64,000 nt of DNA from an uncultured Aminicenantes bacterium (GTDB lineage: Bacteria; Acidobacteriota; Aminicenantia; UBA2199): contig CBDAFS010000012.1 in assembly GCA_965195285.1 (NCBI GenBank), forward strand, positions 32,001-96,000, given 5' to 3'. This document shows positions 10,785-21,540 of the stretch, in pieces. The notes beneath the pieces are model-generated. The model was given only the letters and a program-made list of their open reading frames with translations, was not told the DNA's origin and did no database searches. Positions within the stretch are counted from its first letter, which is position 1. Every line of letters begins with the position of its first letter. The translations under genes and the position numbers were made by a program.

Positions 10785-12107
10785 ATGAAGACAAAATCGG
10801 TTGACTTGAAAAAAAATGCGGTCCTGGTGTTGATTTTACTGTTTTCCCTGTTGTTCGGTACCTGTTCCCCCCGAAAGGTGGCCGATTTCAATATTGTTTT
10901 GATTGTGATTGACACCCTGAGATCGGATCATCTGTCTTTTTACGGGTATGACAAAAATACAACTCCTTTTTTATCTGAAATTGCAAAAAAATCAATTATT
11001 TTTGAAAATTGCTTTTCTGCTTCATCCTGGACATCTCCTGCAACTGCCTCGATCTTTACTTCCATGTATCCCTTTCAACATGGAGTTCTATTGGGATTGC
11101 TGGCTGTGATAAAGGCGAAAGCTTTAGAACCGGAAATCAAAGTAAATAAAATCCCAGAGAGAATTGAGACCATCACCGAAGTTTTTAAGAAGAATAATTA
11201 TAAGACTTTTGGTATTTCCGATAACCTGAATATTGGAAAGAAACAAGGATTTAATCAGGGTTTTGATCGCCTCCAAACTTTCAATTATAAAGGAGCCCCT
11301 GAAGTAAATAAAATTTTAAAAAAATGGAAAAAGGAAATACTTGAGAATGGGAAATATTTTTTATATCTTCATTATATGGATCCGCATGCGCCATATCATC
11401 ATAGAAAACCCTGGTATAAGCCTCAAGTAGGCAAGAAAAATATCTCACTTGAAGCCTATGACAGTGAAATTTATTATGTTGACCAATACATCCGGGAAGC
11501 CTTTCAGCTATTCAATTGGAAAAAAAACACCCTGGTCATTGTTACCTCTGATCATGGAGAGGGATTATGGGATCACGGAATTATGGGCCATGGTTATACA
11601 TTGTATCGAGAGGAAATACAGGTCCCCTTGTTGATTTATTTACCCGAAAAAAAGATTTTCAGAAGAATAAGTTCAAATGTAAGCACCATTGATATTTTAC
11701 CTACAGTTAGAGAGCTGGTTGGCCTGCCTTCCAGTAAAAATGACGAAGGTATCAGCCTTTTACCCTATATAGAAAATAAAAAGAAAAAACCGGATAAACG
11801 GTTTGTATTTTCCTATTTATGGAAGCTCGGTACTGAAAAAGGCGATCAAATCGAATACAAGTCAGCCATTTACAAGAGGTTGCATTTTATGATGAAGCTC
11901 CCTGCCGAGAGGGAGCTATATGACCTGTATACAGATAAAAAGGAAGAAAACAACCGGTTCAATTCCAACCGGAAGAGTGCCAGGTATTTGGAATCAAAAT
12001 TTAATATATTTATGAAAAAGTGTAAAAAGTTCAACCCCGAATCAGTCCATTATAAAATGAGTAAAAAGAATATCGAGAGATTAAAAACACTGGGATATGT
12101 TAAATAA
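10785..12107 (+). CDS. Sulfatase-like hydrolase/transferase (Thr at nucleophile position), probable lipoprotein
   Basis: NIVLIVIDTLRSDH, WTSPATAS, YLHYMDPH, SDHGE, GHG; signal ending FGTC; C-terminal LKTLGY. Confidence 0.87.
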   Translation: MKTKSVDLKKNAVLVLILLFSLLFGTCSPRKVADFNIVLIVIDTLRSDHLSFYGYDKNTTPFLSEIAKKSIIFENCFSASSWTSPATASIFTSMYPFQHGVLLGLLAVIKAKALEPEIKVNKIPERIETITEVFKKNNYKTFGISDNLNIGKKQGFNQGFDRLQTFNYKGAPEVNKILKKWKKEILENGKYFLYLHYMDPHAPYHHRKPWYKPQVGKKNISLEAYDSEIYYVDQYIREAFQLFNWKKNTLVIVTSDHGEGLWDHGIMGHGYTLYREEIQVPLLIYLPEKKIFRRISSNVSTIDILPTVRELVGLPSSKNDEGISLLPYIENKKKKPDKRFVFSYLWKLGTEKGDQIEYKSAIYKRLHFMMKLPAERELYDLYTDKKEENNRFNSNRKSARYLESKFNIFMKKCKKFNPESVHYKMSKKNIERLKTLGYVK

Positions 12108-12177
12108 TCATATTCAATGAGTCACGGAGCTATCCCCAATTTGTCATATATACCGATAAATATGGTATAATGTTCTC

Positions 12178-13512
12178 ATGAATAAAAGCAAATATTATCA
12201 GTTTATATTGGTCATCATTGCTGTTATGGGTTTATTCACCTGTGGAAAACAAACAGATTCAGGGACTACTATTAAGGTAGTGGTATTGGGATTTGACGGG
12301 GCCAGTTGGGCAACTATTGATCCGCTGATTGACAATGGAAAATTGCCTTTTCTGAAGCAATTGAAAGCGGAGTGTGCCTGGGCGAATTTCAAAACCTTCA
12401 AACCCACCAAATCCAATGTCGTATGGACCAGCATTGCCTCCGGGAAAACCATGTTAAAACACGGGATCATGGATTTTGTCTATCTGAAAAAGAAGGGGAT
12501 CAGGGTTCCCTTTTCCAAATCCAACCGTCTGACGCCCATGCTCTGGCAGATTCTGGATCTGTATCAAAAGAGAAGCATTGTGTTGAACTGGTGGGTTTCT
12601 CATCCCCCGGACAAAATCAACGGGGTCATGATATCGGATCATTTCAGAAAAATTGCCACCACCAGACCGAAATTTCTGGATGAGTACCGGTCCTCGGTTT
12701 ATCCGCCTGAATATTTTGATCGGTTAAAAAAATTCGGGGACATGAATCGGAAATACCTACAGGTTTTGAAAAAGACAGGTCTTCCTGAATATATCAGTTG
12801 GTATTACCGAAGTCAGCCCCGGGGGGATCACCAGAAAGTTCCGGTTTTAAATGTATATCCTCGCTTGATCAAATACGATGCCACCATTGAAAGTGTATCC
12901 GGTTATCTGTACCAGCGGGAAAATTTTGATTTTTTTGCCACTTATTTCCGGTTTCCGGATATCATCCAGCACTTTGTGATTGAATTGATAGAGGAAGACA
13001 TTAAAACCAGGCTGAAGGAGTTGGATTTTGATGCACCCGAATCAACGGATTTTCTCAGCCGGACCACCCGGAAGATTTCCGACCTGATGGAACCGGCCTA
13101 TCAATACATGGAGCGAATTCTCAAGGCCTATATGTCCAATCCGAAATATAAAAATGCCTATTTCTTTATCATGTCCGATCACGGTTTTTCCCTGACCCCG
13201 GAGGGATATGACCACTACCACCTGCCTGTAAAATTCGATCCGCCCGATGGGTTCCTCATCATCAGGGGGCCAACGGTAAAAAAGGGAAAAATTGAGAAGG
13301 CTTCGATTTATGACATTGCCCCGACCATTCTGAATTTATATAATCTTCCGGTCGGGGAAAACATGGACGGCCGGGTATTGCGGGAGGTTTTCAATCTGAA
13401 ACGCAAAACCCGATACCGGCTCTATAAATTGAAAAAAGAGAAAATCCTGCAGGATGAACGTTACAACCGGGAATCCCTAAAAGAACTGGAATCAATGGGT
13501 TATATCGATTGA
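12178..13512 (+). CDS. Alkaline-phosphatase-superfamily (NPP-type) lipoprotein, paralog of 5075-6412
   Basis: Signal ending LFTC; GFDGA, SNVVWTSIASG, SDHGF, DIAPTIL; C-terminal LESMGY. TG-TATAAT at 12166-12171 sits 6 nt before the ATG. Confidence 0.85.
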   Translation: MNKSKYYQFILVIIAVMGLFTCGKQTDSGTTIKVVVLGFDGASWATIDPLIDNGKLPFLKQLKAECAWANFKTFKPTKSNVVWTSIASGKTMLKHGIMDFVYLKKKGIRVPFSKSNRLTPMLWQILDLYQKRSIVLNWWVSHPPDKINGVMISDHFRKIATTRPKFLDEYRSSVYPPEYFDRLKKFGDMNRKYLQVLKKTGLPEYISWYYRSQPRGDHQKVPVLNVYPRLIKYDATIESVSGYLYQRENFDFFATYFRFPDIIQHFVIELIEEDIKTRLKELDFDAPESTDFLSRTTRKISDLMEPAYQYMERILKAYMSNPKYKNAYFFIMSDHGFSLTPEGYDHYHLPVKFDPPDGFLIIRGPTVKKGKIEKASIYDIAPTILNLYNLPVGENMDGRVLREVFNLKRKTRYRLYKLKKEKILQDERYNRESLKELESMGYID

Positions 13513-13574
13513 TTCACCGGTGAAAATGTGTTGGGCGTCACCGGGGAATCGATTGTCGGTGGAAACCCTTCAAA

Positions 13575-13603
13575 TTGACATAAATCAGTGCATTTGGTAA
13601 CAT
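13575..13603 (+). promoter_or_regulatory. sigma70-type promoter, leaderless configuration
   Basis: TTGACA-17-TAACAT with extended TG, 7 nt before ATG 13611. Confidence 0.65.
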
Positions 13604-13610
13604 AGCCAGA

Positions 13611-15419
13611 ATGAAAAAATCATTTGTCGCCCTTGTTTTCATCCTGATAGCTGCGGCCTTATTACTGGTATTGATTTCCCGTCCGGACCGCAGCGGATTC
13701 CACCGGCTGGCGTTTTCAGCGCCGGGCCTGAAACCGGTTCTCCAGGAACCCGAGCTCAGCCTGGCCAGAAAAGTCAAAATGGACCGGCATATTACCGATG
13801 GCCAGGTTTTACATTTCAAGGGGAGTGGAATTCTGACCCTGTCACCGGAAATCCGGGGAAAGAAGGGGGTTTTTTTCACCTTTCAGGCAGCAGCCACTGA
13901 TTCCGGAAAAATCAGGACATCCATCTATCTGGACCGAAAGGGCAAACTGGTTAAATTGAAAACCTACCTGGGCCATTCCTATTATCACAGTTTTGTCAGA
14001 GAGATGAAATTAATGAAGCAGGACCGGTTCAGAATAGAGGTCCAGGGAAATGGAATTCTGGTGGCGAACAGGCCGGTCATATACGATATTGTTGATATAG
14101 AGAAGCGTAAATATGTTTTTGTCATAGCCCTGGATACCCTGCGCTACGATAAGGTGGGGGGCACCCGGAACGGTGTGGACCTGACCCCTCATATCAGTGA
14201 ATTCAGAAGGGATTGCTGTGAGTTTACCGAGGCCTTTGCCCAAAGCAACTGGACCCTCCCCTCATTCATGAGCTTTTTTACCGGGCAGTATGAATTCAAT
14301 CATCAAATAACCCGGGATTCCTCTTTATCAGCGGATAACCCTTTTCTGAGCAGAGACCTTTCGAAAAGGTTTTTTACGGTCAATTTTAATGCCGGTTTAT
14401 GGTTGAAGGGCAAATTCGGCTTTTCCAGGGGGTTTGACCTTTTTTCGGTTCTATCCTCTCCCAAAGACAGTCTGGGCGGAAAAGTCATGTTTGCTCAGGC
14501 CCTTGACTTTCTGAAAAGGGTTCAAGCGCCCTCTGTTTTCATGTTCCTGCATACCTATCAGATTCATTCGCCTTATGCGCCTCCGGAAAAGTTTCTCAAA
14601 CAGGTTTCCGAGCAATCCGAATATAAAAAACTGGATTCATTTTTTTATAAAAAACAATTTAAAAACGATGTGGCACCGAATCTTCGCCTGGCCATGGAAA
14701 CGCTTCATGATGCCGAAATTTTAGCTTTTGACAGTTTTTTCGGGGATTTTATCCGCAGCCTCAAGGACCTGAACATCTATGACCGGTCCATGATCGTTTT
14801 TCTATCCGATCACGGTGAAGAATTCTATGAACATCAGGGCTGGGCCCATTGCCATTCCCTGTATAATGAGGTGATTCAGGTACCGCTGTTTATCAAGTTC
14901 CCCGGTTTCCGCTTCAAAGGAAAACAGATCCGGGAAAATGTCGGGTTGATTGATGTGTTGCCCACGGTAATGGATCAGTACCGGATCAACCCGAATCCAC
15001 AGGTTGATGGATTGAGTCTGATGCCGCTTTTAAAGGGGAAGGCCTGGAACCGGGAACAATTGATGTCCTCGACATCGGTGGCCTGGCTGGTCCGGCAAAT
15101 TCCGCCGAAACTGTCCCTGCTGAGAAACCGTTTCAAGCTTATCTATAATTTTAGATTTTCCCCGGAAGACCTGGATTATTTTGCCGAATTCGGAACCCCT
15201 CCGGAAGTCGATGACATACAACTTTTTGACCTGGGCAAGGATCGGTCTGAAGTTTCGGAGCTGACCGGTAAAGAAAAAGTCCGCCAGCTGAACCATTTCA
15301 GGTCAGAACTGACCCGGATGAAAAAAACCATCACTGCGGTCATGAAGAGGAAACGACTGAAAAATGTGACCCTGAGCGATGAAGAAAAAGAAAAACTGAG
15401 ATCGTTGGGGTACTTGTAG
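13611..15419 (+). CDS. Sulfatase-like hydrolase/transferase with N-terminal anchor and extra beta-rich domain
   Basis: IALDTLRYD, WTLPSFMS, FLHTYQIHSPY, SDHGEEF; C-terminal LRSLGYL. Confidence 0.85.
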   Translation: MKKSFVALVFILIAAALLLVLISRPDRSGFHRLAFSAPGLKPVLQEPELSLARKVKMDRHITDGQVLHFKGSGILTLSPEIRGKKGVFFTFQAAATDSGKIRTSIYLDRKGKLVKLKTYLGHSYYHSFVREMKLMKQDRFRIEVQGNGILVANRPVIYDIVDIEKRKYVFVIALDTLRYDKVGGTRNGVDLTPHISEFRRDCCEFTEAFAQSNWTLPSFMSFFTGQYEFNHQITRDSSLSADNPFLSRDLSKRFFTVNFNAGLWLKGKFGFSRGFDLFSVLSSPKDSLGGKVMFAQALDFLKRVQAPSVFMFLHTYQIHSPYAPPEKFLKQVSEQSEYKKLDSFFYKKQFKNDVAPNLRLAMETLHDAEILAFDSFFGDFIRSLKDLNIYDRSMIVFLSDHGEEFYEHQGWAHCHSLYNEVIQVPLFIKFPGFRFKGKQIRENVGLIDVLPTVMDQYRINPNPQVDGLSLMPLLKGKAWNREQLMSSTSVAWLVRQIPPKLSLLRNRFKLIYNFRFSPEDLDYFAEFGTPPEVDDIQLFDLGKDRSEVSELTGKEKVRQLNHFRSELTRMKKTITAVMKRKRLKNVTLSDEEKEKLRSLGYL

Positions 15420-15439
15420 TATTTTTCCATGAAATGGTG

Positions 15440-15468
15440 TTGACTATCCAAATTTTTTTGCATATAAT
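15440..15468 (+). promoter_or_regulatory. sigma70-type promoter
   Basis: TTGACT-17-TATAAT; AGGAGG RBS at 15486-15491. Confidence 0.75.
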
Positions 15469-15497
15469 GACATCTTTATTTATTTAGGAGGAATTAG

Positions 15498-17546
15498 ATG
15501 AAATTCAAACTGATGATAATGGTGGCCCTGTTGATCTCGCTCAGCCTGATCGGGTTTGAAAAGGCTGAAGAAAAAGCCACTGCAGATAGTGCCGGTCGCA
15601 TGCCGGCTCAGGCCGAACCGATTACCATCAATCTGGGTATCGATTCCCAGAATTGTATCTTTGACCTGTGCTCGGATAACAACAATAATGTTCATTTTAT
15701 CTGGGAAGGCAATGATGGATCCCTTCATTACGCCCAGATTGTTCAGAATGCAGTTGTGAACGAGGAGGTTGTTCCGGATTCCCATGATGTGTTTCCCCAG
15801 TTTCAACGGCCCAGGATCATGGCCCGGCCCAGCGGAGAGAGTGTTCATATCTCTTGGATGAGTCCAAGACCCGGAGACCATCTGGTTCATGTGTGGAAGG
15901 ATGCCTCCGGCTGGCACCGGGAACATGTCTGGACCGGTTCCGGGGCCCATATATCCCAGCCTGTGGGTGGAGCCGATCTGTCCGGAAAAATGCATTTCAC
16001 CGGTCAGGTCTGGACCCCGCTGCCCAACTTCTGGAGTACGGTGAAGTACTGGACCGGAGAGCCTGGCAGTTATAACAATGGCTGGACCCTGGTTGAGGGT
16101 GCGATCAAGTGGAGAGATACGGCTATGTTTATCGATATGGAAGGCGGTGTCCATGCGGTTTACAAGAGTGGCCAGGATCCGGGTAAGTATGTTTACTGTG
16201 CCAATGGCGGGACCCTTATCGATTCACCGGTTCAGGATATTCCCACCCCGCCGGGAGAGAAATGCGTTTCCTTCGGTGATCTTTTTGTGGACCGAGAACT
16301 GAATGTTCACCATGCCCATATGACCTACAGCTCTATGTCGGTTTATTATGAAGTGAAATATGCCGGCAGCGATGAATGGACCGATCAGTACAATGTCAGC
16401 AATGGTCCGATTGAGCTATGTAATATTCATGAGTATGATAATGCCTGGCCCAGCATCGCAGTCGGTCCCGAAGGCCGGGTTTACGTGGCCTGGGCTGATA
16501 TGCCCTGTCCGGATCAGGAAGCCAACCGGATCAACCTGGCTGTTAAGGAAGACGGGCAGTGGAGCAAAGAAACCCTGACCCTGGATGCCCACATTACCTT
16601 TCACAGCAAACCGGCCATTACCGCCAATGAAAACGGGATTTACCTGATCTGGCGCGACTGGCACGAAGAATTGATCCTCTATTCCATTATCCATAAAGAA
16701 TTGTTTATCTCCACTCCCCATGCCAACCAGAATATCTGTGATGATGTGGAAAAAATTGAAGCCAAGGTTCAGGTTCCTGCCGAGATGACCCGGGTTGAAT
16801 TCTATGTGGATGATGTGTTGCTCGGCGAAGCCACGGCCGAACCCTATGAGATCGATTGGGATATTTCCCTGTATGAAAAGGGAGATCATGACATCAAGGT
16901 TATTGGCTATAAGACCAACACTGAGATCATTGAGGATGAAATCACCGTGGACATGAATTGCCCGCCCACCATTGCCGTTGCCAATTTGATCTGGAACGGT
17001 TCTGTGGCCGGTGTGGTTGATGTGATTGCCAAGACCAGCGATGACAAGGGTCAAGTTGAGAAAGTCGATTTTTATGTGGATGGAAAACTGAAGAGCACGG
17101 CAACCGAGGATCCCTTTACTTATAGCTGGAATACCCAGTCCTATGCCCAGGGATCCGCCCACAAGCTGAATGCGGTGGTCTATGATGAATCTATGGTAAC
17201 CGATGAAGATACTGTCAGGGTAATCACATATCCGATTTACCCCCCCATCTCGCTAACCGGGGAATCCCTGATCAACCGGACCCTTTTTGTGGTCGAATAC
17301 TTTGCCAAGTTGACCTGGCAGACTAATCCCCAGAACACTCTCAATATTGTGGCTTTCCGGATTTATTATGTCGAAGACGGAGAACTGGTACTGGTGGATG
17401 AAGTGGATGGGAACACCTTCGAATACAATCACCGGAATGCCAGTGAGAATGAAGATGAATATGTATATGTGGTGACCTCTGTGGCCGGGAACGGCAAGGA
17501 AAGCCACGGGGCCTATGTCATTCTGGAAAAACCCCAGGATGAGTGA
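15498..17546 (+). CDS. Secreted protein: beta-propeller-like repeats, two bacterial Ig-like domains and an FN3-like C-terminus
   Basis: Signal peptide; repeated VHxxW/Y blades; RVEFYVD...PYEIDWD and KVDFYVDG...PFTYSWNT Ig repeats; LTW...YVVTSV..GKES FN3 pattern. Confidence 0.8.
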   Translation: MKFKLMIMVALLISLSLIGFEKAEEKATADSAGRMPAQAEPITINLGIDSQNCIFDLCSDNNNNVHFIWEGNDGSLHYAQIVQNAVVNEEVVPDSHDVFPQFQRPRIMARPSGESVHISWMSPRPGDHLVHVWKDASGWHREHVWTGSGAHISQPVGGADLSGKMHFTGQVWTPLPNFWSTVKYWTGEPGSYNNGWTLVEGAIKWRDTAMFIDMEGGVHAVYKSGQDPGKYVYCANGGTLIDSPVQDIPTPPGEKCVSFGDLFVDRELNVHHAHMTYSSMSVYYEVKYAGSDEWTDQYNVSNGPIELCNIHEYDNAWPSIAVGPEGRVYVAWADMPCPDQEANRINLAVKEDGQWSKETLTLDAHITFHSKPAITANENGIYLIWRDWHEELILYSIIHKELFISTPHANQNICDDVEKIEAKVQVPAEMTRVEFYVDDVLLGEATAEPYEIDWDISLYEKGDHDIKVIGYKTNTEIIEDEITVDMNCPPTIAVANLIWNGSVAGVVDVIAKTSDDKGQVEKVDFYVDGKLKSTATEDPFTYSWNTQSYAQGSAHKLNAVVYDESMVTDEDTVRVITYPIYPPISLTGESLINRTLFVVEYFAKLTWQTNPQNTLNIVAFRIYYVEDGELVLVDEVDGNTFEYNHRNASENEDEYVYVVTSVAGNGKESHGAYVILEKPQDE

Positions 17547-17637
17547 TTGAATCCGGATACGACCAATCATTTGTTGAAAACCTCGGACTGAAGTTCTACT
17601 GCGGTTCGAAGTTGAGTTCCTGGAGACGGGGAAAAAT

Positions 17638-20106
17638 GTGAACAGCAGGCCAAAGAATCGATATCAGTCTCCTTTCACAGCCAAGTATCTCCTGATTTTT
17701 CTCATTCTCCTAGTCGCTATTTTAATCAACCGTTTCTGGTTGCTGCCCCATATCGATACCCATGTGTTCCGGGGTGTCCCCAATTTTTATACCTGGATCG
17801 TGCTGTGGAATTGTCATTGCCTGGAAACACTTGATTTCACTGATTATTGGTCCGGTAATGCCATGTATCCCTATCCCTTTGCCCTGGCCTTTTCGGAAAA
17901 CATGCTGGGGGTGACCCCCTTTGCCTTCCCCATATGGATCCTCACCCGGAATCCGGTTTTGACTGCCAATTTGCTTTCCATTCTGATGCTGTGGCTCACC
18001 GCTATCATGACTTTCTGGTTTTTGAGAAAATTAATCGGAGCCGGATGGCCGGCCCTGGCCGGGGCCTTGATTTTTTCCCTGAATCCCTGGATCCTGAAGG
18101 CTTTTTCTCTGGGAAGGTTTCACATGCTGGGCTTGATGTGGCTGCCCCTTATCCTCTACGCCAACCGGGAATTCTGGGAAAGGGGTTTGAAGCGTCATTT
18201 GTGGGTGATAGGAGGTTTCTGGCTCTGGACCTTTGCCATCAATATATATCTCGGTATTTTTCTGGGGATATTTCTGGGAATTTGGAATCTAATCTGGTTT
18301 TTCTATCAGAGGCGAAATTTCAGCAAAAGGAAGATTGTCCAGTGGGTGGTCTGTGTGTTCCTGGTCTGGCTTTTAATGGTTCCGGTATTTTTGAATTACC
18401 AGCAGGCGGCTCGCCATACCGGAATGATCAGAACCCTGGAAAACCAGGTTCAATATACCGGTCCGATCTGGAGCTGGTTTACGGTCAGTGATGAGAACTG
18501 GTTGTGGGGCCAGACCTTAAAGTTTTTGCCCACCGGGAAACGGGATGGAATCGTTGAAAACTATATGTTTCCGGGTTTTTTGGTACTGGGATTTTTTGGT
18601 TTCAGCTTTTTGATCAAAAAAATGCCCGCCTGGCTGAGCAGTTTAAGGCTGACCGGACTATGTCTTTTTATCCTATCCATGGGACCCTATGCCCTTGGCA
18701 TTCCCTGGAAAATCCCGCTTCCCTTCCAGTTGCTATGGTTTGCATACCCACCGCTTCAGGCCACCCGTAATCCCCATCGGCTATCTTTGTTTGTTATACT
18801 GATCATTGCGGTGCTGGCCGCCTATATCATGAAAAACTTTTTTAAACGCAAACCGCTGAAGGGTTTTTTCATTGGATTTATTATTCTGGGGATTTGTGTG
18901 GAATCGATGAGCCTGGTAAATCCTCAACGGGCCCTGGACCGGAACAATAAAGAATTCTATGGTCAGATAGAAGCGGACAAGCAGTCCCGTACCCTCATTG
19001 AACTTCCGGTCAATATTCACACCGATATCCGGGCCATGGTGAGTTCCTCTCATCACTGGAAGCGGCTGGTGAACGGGGTGTCCGGATTGTGGCCGCCTTT
19101 ACAATCCCAGCTGGAAACGGAAATGAGAGAATTTCCCTCCTCTCACTCCATCCGGATTTTACAGTCTCTGGAGGTAGACCGGATTGTGATTCACGAACGA
19201 TACTACGGGAAAGACCGGAGGAGATTATTAATGCGAATCCAGCAATACCCGGAAATCAGGTTGTTGAACCGGAGCGGATATTTATCTCTCTGGTCATTGA
19301 AAGGCGGAGACATTCGCCATGATCTACAGCCTTGCCAAGACCTTGGAATCTCTACACCCTCCCGATTTGTTTCCGGTACCGTGAATTTCTGCCTGGAGGT
19401 CAAACCTGCTGAAAAAGCCATGGTATTCAACCTGAAAGCGCCCTCGAGATTCAGTTTTACACCGTCGCGTTTATGGGAATTGAAAACCCGAATTCAGGGT
19501 TCCGAAATCAGGCCCTTGGCGGAAAGCTGGAGGCCGCCGGCATTATTCCACTGGTTCAACCGGCAAAAGAAAATTGAGCTGGATATATCGGCCGGCTCCC
19601 AGCGGTTGGTGGTTGATATCGATATCATGGGCGAAACACTGCGATTGTCCAAACCGGTTGAGGTGGTCGAAGTCCAGAAATCAGAATATGGACTTCCCGG
19701 TTCACTGAGGCTACCCATGGGATATCATGCCATTGCCTGGGATCAACTGGAAGTGTCTCTGGAAGCCAGTTGGGCCAACCCTAACCTGGCCCGGCTGGAT
19801 GGTTATCTGGAAGGCGTCATCACCGTTGTGAATCCCGGTCCCTATTACTGGGTATCCGGAGAACAGCAGGGGGTGGTCCTGGGAGTTCAACTGGTCGGTC
19901 AGGTCGAAACCAGGGAATCGGAATATTGGCTGCCCCATGACCTTTTTCCCGGCGATCAGGCGACATGTCGGGTCCGGATTCCGCTGCCGGACCGATATCA
20001 AGGCGTGACGGTTTTTTTAAATTGTCTGGTCAGGGGACCCGGTCCGTTCAGGAAATGGTTTCCCGAAAACAACCGGATTCAATGCTGGCGAGACCCATCC
20101 GACTGA
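17638..20106 (+). CDS. GT-C-like/YfhO-like polytopic membrane protein with C-terminal Ig-like domain
   Basis: N..YP...LAFSE, RNPHR, LVNGVSG motifs; many TM helices; C-terminal NPG..W...LPHDLFPG Ig-like segment; GTG start. Confidence 0.7.
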   Translation: MNSRPKNRYQSPFTAKYLLIFLILLVAILINRFWLLPHIDTHVFRGVPNFYTWIVLWNCHCLETLDFTDYWSGNAMYPYPFALAFSENMLGVTPFAFPIWILTRNPVLTANLLSILMLWLTAIMTFWFLRKLIGAGWPALAGALIFSLNPWILKAFSLGRFHMLGLMWLPLILYANREFWERGLKRHLWVIGGFWLWTFAINIYLGIFLGIFLGIWNLIWFFYQRRNFSKRKIVQWVVCVFLVWLLMVPVFLNYQQAARHTGMIRTLENQVQYTGPIWSWFTVSDENWLWGQTLKFLPTGKRDGIVENYMFPGFLVLGFFGFSFLIKKMPAWLSSLRLTGLCLFILSMGPYALGIPWKIPLPFQLLWFAYPPLQATRNPHRLSLFVILIIAVLAAYIMKNFFKRKPLKGFFIGFIILGICVESMSLVNPQRALDRNNKEFYGQIEADKQSRTLIELPVNIHTDIRAMVSSSHHWKRLVNGVSGLWPPLQSQLETEMREFPSSHSIRILQSLEVDRIVIHERYYGKDRRRLLMRIQQYPEIRLLNRSGYLSLWSLKGGDIRHDLQPCQDLGISTPSRFVSGTVNFCLEVKPAEKAMVFNLKAPSRFSFTPSRLWELKTRIQGSEIRPLAESWRPPALFHWFNRQKKIELDISAGSQRLVVDIDIMGETLRLSKPVEVVEVQKSEYGLPGSLRLPMGYHAIAWDQLEVSLEASWANPNLARLDGYLEGVITVVNPGPYYWVSGEQQGVVLGVQLVGQVETRESEYWLPHDLFPGDQATCRVRIPLPDRYQGVTVFLNCLVRGPGPFRKWFPENNRIQCWRDPSD

Positions 20107-20131
20107 GATAGTCAATCAGAACTTGAAACCG

Positions 20132-21511
20132 TTAATCCTGAATGTATCCCAGGCTTTTCAGTTTTTCAATGTCTTCCTGTGAGAGTTTTGACGGATTCAG
20201 ATGATATTTCCGGGTTTCTTTGATGCAGTCTTTCACCGACTCTGCATACTGCTTCAGCTCTGACTCAAGGGCCAGAAAATTTTTGTCCTGGAATTTGTAA
20301 ATATTATTGAGTTCGAATCCATCGTTTTTCAAATTGAATACTTCGAATCTTCTCGATCTGTCGGTCAGGATTATTTTTCTTGAATTCCGAACCAGGCCGT
20401 ATTTGATCGGATAAACCCGGGTCTTGAATTTTATTCCCTTTTTAAAAACTGCCCTGCCCTTATAGGTTTCGAAGAAAACCTTTTTTCTGCGGTCGGGCAC
20501 CATTAAATTGATGCCTTCCATTTGGGGGGGCAGGGGGATCTTCAGAATGGAGAGAATGGTAGGTGAAATATCCAAAATGGAGACATAGTCGTTTCGGATA
20601 CGTTTCTCCGGCCGGTTCCCGGGCGGTTTGATAATCAGGGGTACCAGGAGGGTCGAATTGTATAGATTCCTGCCATGCCTAAAATATTTGTGTTCACCGA
20701 AACTCTCGCCATGGTCCGAATTGAAGATGATCAGGGCATCCCGGTACAGTCCAAGGGATTTTATTTTGGCGATCATTTTACCAAAATAAAAATCGGTCAG
20801 GCCGATTTCACTGTCATATTTCTCAATTTTCTGAAACTGGGTGCCAGCCGGGTAGAGGGATTTGTTTTTTTTCTGGAAATCGAACCGGAATTTCCGGTGG
20901 AATATATAGGGGGCATGGGGTTCGGTATAATGAACCCAGAGGAATATTCTTTTACCCTGATTCTTTTCCAGCCAGGTACTGGCCCTTTGGGTAACGTTCC
21001 GGGCTTTCCCTTCCGTATTCAGTATCCCCATCCATCTTTTTTTTCCAAGTACCTCGTCATACAAGTCAAAATCCCTGTCCAGGCCGCAAAGTTTCTTACG
21101 CAGGGACCAGTTGGATATAAAGGCGGCGCAGGCATAACCATGGGACTTTAAAAACCAGGGCAATGTATGAATATTACTGTATATAGACAGTCCGTTCCGC
21201 TTGGATCCGTGTTTGTGGGGAGGGAGCGAGGTCAGCATACTGGCAAAAGCCGGTGAAGTCAACGGGGTAATGGTATAACTCCGGGAGAAAAGCAAGCCAT
21301 CTCTGGAAAAAGCATCAATTTCCGGCGATGTGTTCAGCGGGTATCCGTAACAGCCCAGGTGATCGGCTCTCAACGTATCAACCGATATGATGATGATGTT
21401 TTTTAGATCGGGGGATTCGGCGGGAAGTGAAAGACAGCCCAGGGTCCAGATTAAAATCAGGACGAGTATGCGGTGGGTCGGTCCGACTTTCAAATGGGTT
21501 TTAAGATTCAT
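20132..21511 (-). CDS. Exported sulfatase-like hydrolase/transferase (Thr at nucleophile position)
   Basis: NIIIISVDTLRADH, LTSPAFAS, WVHYTEPH, SDHGE; C-terminal LKSLGY. Confidence 0.87.
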   Translation of the reverse strand: MNLKTHLKVGPTHRILVLILIWTLGCLSLPAESPDLKNIIIISVDTLRADHLGCYGYPLNTSPEIDAFSRDGLLFSRSYTITPLTSPAFASMLTSLPPHKHGSKRNGLSIYSNIHTLPWFLKSHGYACAAFISNWSLRKKLCGLDRDFDLYDEVLGKKRWMGILNTEGKARNVTQRASTWLEKNQGKRIFLWVHYTEPHAPYIFHRKFRFDFQKKNKSLYPAGTQFQKIEKYDSEIGLTDFYFGKMIAKIKSLGLYRDALIIFNSDHGESFGEHKYFRHGRNLYNSTLLVPLIIKPPGNRPEKRIRNDYVSILDISPTILSILKIPLPPQMEGINLMVPDRRKKVFFETYKGRAVFKKGIKFKTRVYPIKYGLVRNSRKIILTDRSRRFEVFNLKNDGFELNNIYKFQDKNFLALESELKQYAESVKDCIKETRKYHLNPSKLSQEDIEKLKSLGYIQD

Positions 21512-21540
21512 GTTTTTTCTCTCCGCTAATGGCCTTCCTT

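Noticed and set aside
15480-17162. Long antisense ORFs (224 and 248 aa), and similar ones opposite other genes such as 27445-28134
   Set aside because: Shadow frames of well-supported genes with no family motifs.
17579-17613. Imperfect hairpin after the secreted protein gene
   Set aside because: Mismatched stem with long loop and no U-tract; too weak to call a terminator.
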